This document shows positions 62,160 to 64,000 of a stretch of DNA of 64,000 bases, one piece after another. The DNA is from Candidatus Poribacteria bacterium (GTDB taxonomy: Bacteria > Poribacteria > WGA-4E > PCPOR2b), in the NCBI GenBank assembly GCA_965218095.1, contig OZ244587.1:3968001-4032000 (forward strand), in the 5' to 3' direction. Both the position numbers and the translations under genes were made by a program. The notes under the pieces are model-generated. The model worked only from the letters and a program-made list of their open reading frames with translations, did not search any database and was not told where the DNA came from. The first letter of the stretch is position 1; each line of letters starts with the position of its first letter.

Positions 62160-62537
62160 TCATTTTGAAAAAAGGTTGCTTGCCCAGTTTGACAGTTTCC
62201 CGCCTGAAAACGAGACATCCACTGCGGCGTCGCCATGGTCGGCGCAGGCCTCATCTGTCGACACATCGGTTTCGGCGTCGCTTGGCTGAACGTAGCCTTT
62301 TTCCAAGAGGTATGCTTCGACTTCATCGCCACTCACATCAGCAATAATTTCATCGTTGATTTCAATAGTTGGCTGAAGCGGCTGACCGCTTTTTTCGACC
62401 ATTTCACGATAGTTATCTGGGTTGTTAATGATGTCCAGATCGTCGTATTCCAAGCCGTATTTCTGGAATATCGCCCGGACGCCATTGCTCCAACCGCAGA
62501 CCGGTTTCATATAAGCGGTAATTTTTGGCTGACTCAT
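62160..62537 (-). CDS. Monothiol glutaredoxin-like protein (CGWS)
   Basis: YMKPVCGWS...SGQPLQPTIEIN (Grx fold). Confidence 0.8.
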   Translation of the reverse strand: MSQPKITAYMKPVCGWSNGVRAIFQKYGLEYDDLDIINNPDNYREMVEKSGQPLQPTIEINDEIIADVSGDEVEAYLLEKGYVQPSDAETDVSTDEACADHGDAAVDVSFSGGKLSNWASNLFSK

Positions 62538-62604
62538 GTTTGTGTCCTTTCGATTTTGAAAAGTTTGAAGTGTCTCCGAAAGGTTCGGAGGCTGTTGTAA
62601 ATCA

Positions 62605-62782
62605 TCAAATATAGCGAACTTGATCTTGTATCTCGGCCGCCGTTACGTGATTGAGGATTAGTAGAAGACGCCGTACAAGTTCATAGGACGGACAGCGTAT
62701 GGCGATAATGATACCATAGTATGTCTGCCACCGGCACATTCACATCTTCGTCCAGATAGAGTTCAATGAAGAGGCGATTCAC
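62605..62782 (-). pseudogene. DUF5615 PIN-like toxin remnant
   Basis: LFIELYLDEDV..., internal deletion, then GIIIAIR...QVRYI*. Confidence 0.65.
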
Positions 62783-63046
62783 TTTCCCTCTACCAGAGGA
62801 ACAATAAGTTCGTCTGGAATTCGATTTCGCTCAATATAAGAATTGATCTCTGCCTGATGGTCGCTGTAGTAACTGAGCGCATCGAACACTTGAGCGAGCG
62901 TGAGATGAGGTAGCTGGCTCAGCATTTCTTCAGGTAAGATCCCTTGCCGCAATAGCCCTAACTAGCGTACGTGTGCCAGCAATGATTGGCTCACTACTCA
63001 AGATGTCCTCATCGGTGATGGTGTAACAATGTTTCGTCGTTTTCAT
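62779..63046 (-). pseudogene. DUF433 antitoxin remnant
   Basis: DEDILSSEPIIAGTRT.VRAI / PHLTLAQVFDALSYYSDHQAEI. Confidence 0.7.
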
Positions 63047-63049
63047 TTC

Positions 63050-64000
63050 TTAAATCGCCAGCTTGCGATCAATTGATTGTTGAAGTTGCTCCCGGACCGA
63101 TTCCAACGTGATTCTTTGCATTAAGGGTTCAAAGAAACCATCGACAATCAGCCGTTCAGCTTGATCATGAGATAAGCCACGACTCATGAGATAAAAAACT
63201 TGATCTTTATCAATGGGCCCGGCCGTCGCACCATGCGTACAACGGATGCCTTCACTCGCCCGAATTTCTAGACCCGGAACGGGGTCTGCTCGGGCACGAT
63301 CGCTCAACATCAAATTATCATTCTTTTGATAGGCGTCAGTGTGTTGTCCGCCGGGGTGGACGTGAATCATGCCGCCCCACACGCTTCGTGAACGGTCTTT
63401 GAGAACTGTCCGATAGAGCAGGTCGCTCGTCGTGTGAGGCGCTTGATGGTCTTGACAGGTGTGAATGTCAAGGTGTTGGCGAGCATGGGTGAACGTCAGC
63501 CCCAGCATTTCAACGTGACTTCCCGGCTTTTCAAGAACTGACACCTGATTGAGTTTGCTTACGCGACTCCCCAACGCCCCCGTAACCCAGCGAAATTGGG
63601 CATCTCGTCCGATGATCGCCCGCTGTGTCGAGAAATTCCAGACTCGAAGATTCCACCTTTGCACCTCGACGTAATTCACATGGGCGCTGTCCCCGACAAA
63701 GACTTCGACGGCGCCACAGTGCAACCCTGGCACCTCCGCATCTACCGAAAGATGTTCCTCCAAAACGGTTACTTGACTCCCAGTATCGGCAATAATTAGC
63801 GTGTGTGCCAGATCTGCTCTCTGCGCTTCAGACAGCGCAACAAATACGCGCAATGGAACTTCAATAACGACGCCTTTGGGAATGTATAACAGGTATCCAC
63901 CCTGCCAGAATGCGCCGTGGAGCGCATCAAATTTATTCCAATCGACTGGAACGGCTTTGGTCATGAAATATGGCTCGACAAGCTCCGGATGTTCCTTCAA
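63050..64000 (-). CDS. sufD: Fe-S cluster assembly protein SufD (5' partial)
   Basis: HTTSDLLY, TDAYQ..NL.LS, PGLEI, CTHGAT.G.ID and FYLMSRGL motifs. Confidence 0.88.
   Translation of the reverse strand: MKEHPELVEPYFMTKAVPVDWNKFDALHGAFWQGGYLLYIPKGVVIEVPLRVFVALSEAQRADLAHTLIIADTGSQVTVLEEHLSVDAEVPGLHCGAVEVFVGDSAHVNYVEVQRWNLRVWNFSTQRAIIGRDAQFRWVTGALGSRVSKLNQVSVLEKPGSHVEMLGLTFTHARQHLDIHTCQDHQAPHTTSDLLYRTVLKDRSRSVWGGMIHVHPGGQHTDAYQKNDNLMLSDRARADPVPGLEIRASEGIRCTHGATAGPIDKDQVFYLMSRGLSHDQAERLIVDGFFEPLMQRITLESVREQLQQSIDRKLAI

Overview
Bacterial chromosomal window of about 50% GC. The many PhyH-family dioxygenases, Gfo/Idh/MocA, aldo-keto and sugar-phosphate isomerase enzymes and repeat proteins resemble Candidatus Poribacteria-like genomes; this taxonomy is an inference only. 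Intact housekeeping genes include DAHP synthase, leuA, bioD, a MoxR ATPase, an ECF sigma/anti-sigma pair, rsgA, dppABC and an extended SUF Fe-S cluster. They alternate with heavily pseudogenised accessory DNA. The most striking region is about 26.8-44.5 kb, where every gene except one IS lies on the minus strand. Its intergenic spaces hold three full-length and up to about nine collapsed or half integron attC-like sites, all in minus-strand polarity. I read this as a decaying cassette array with no integrase in the window, carrying unusual metabolic cargo (PhyH dioxygenases, SelA-like PLP enzymes, an SSS transporter, a GNAT-ankyrin fusion, a TA pair). Other highlights: a Trp-Trp leader and terminator in frame with DAHP synthase; three IS5-family (IS427-group-like) elements plus a 159-bp MITE with the same inverted repeats; a palindromic repeat inserted in frame in bioD; several other MITE/REP-like families and 7-/8-mer arrays at gene ends; and a CGWS monothiol glutaredoxin inside the suf cluster. 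No rRNA, tRNA or CRISPR array was recognised. All calls are from reading the sequence; no searches were run.
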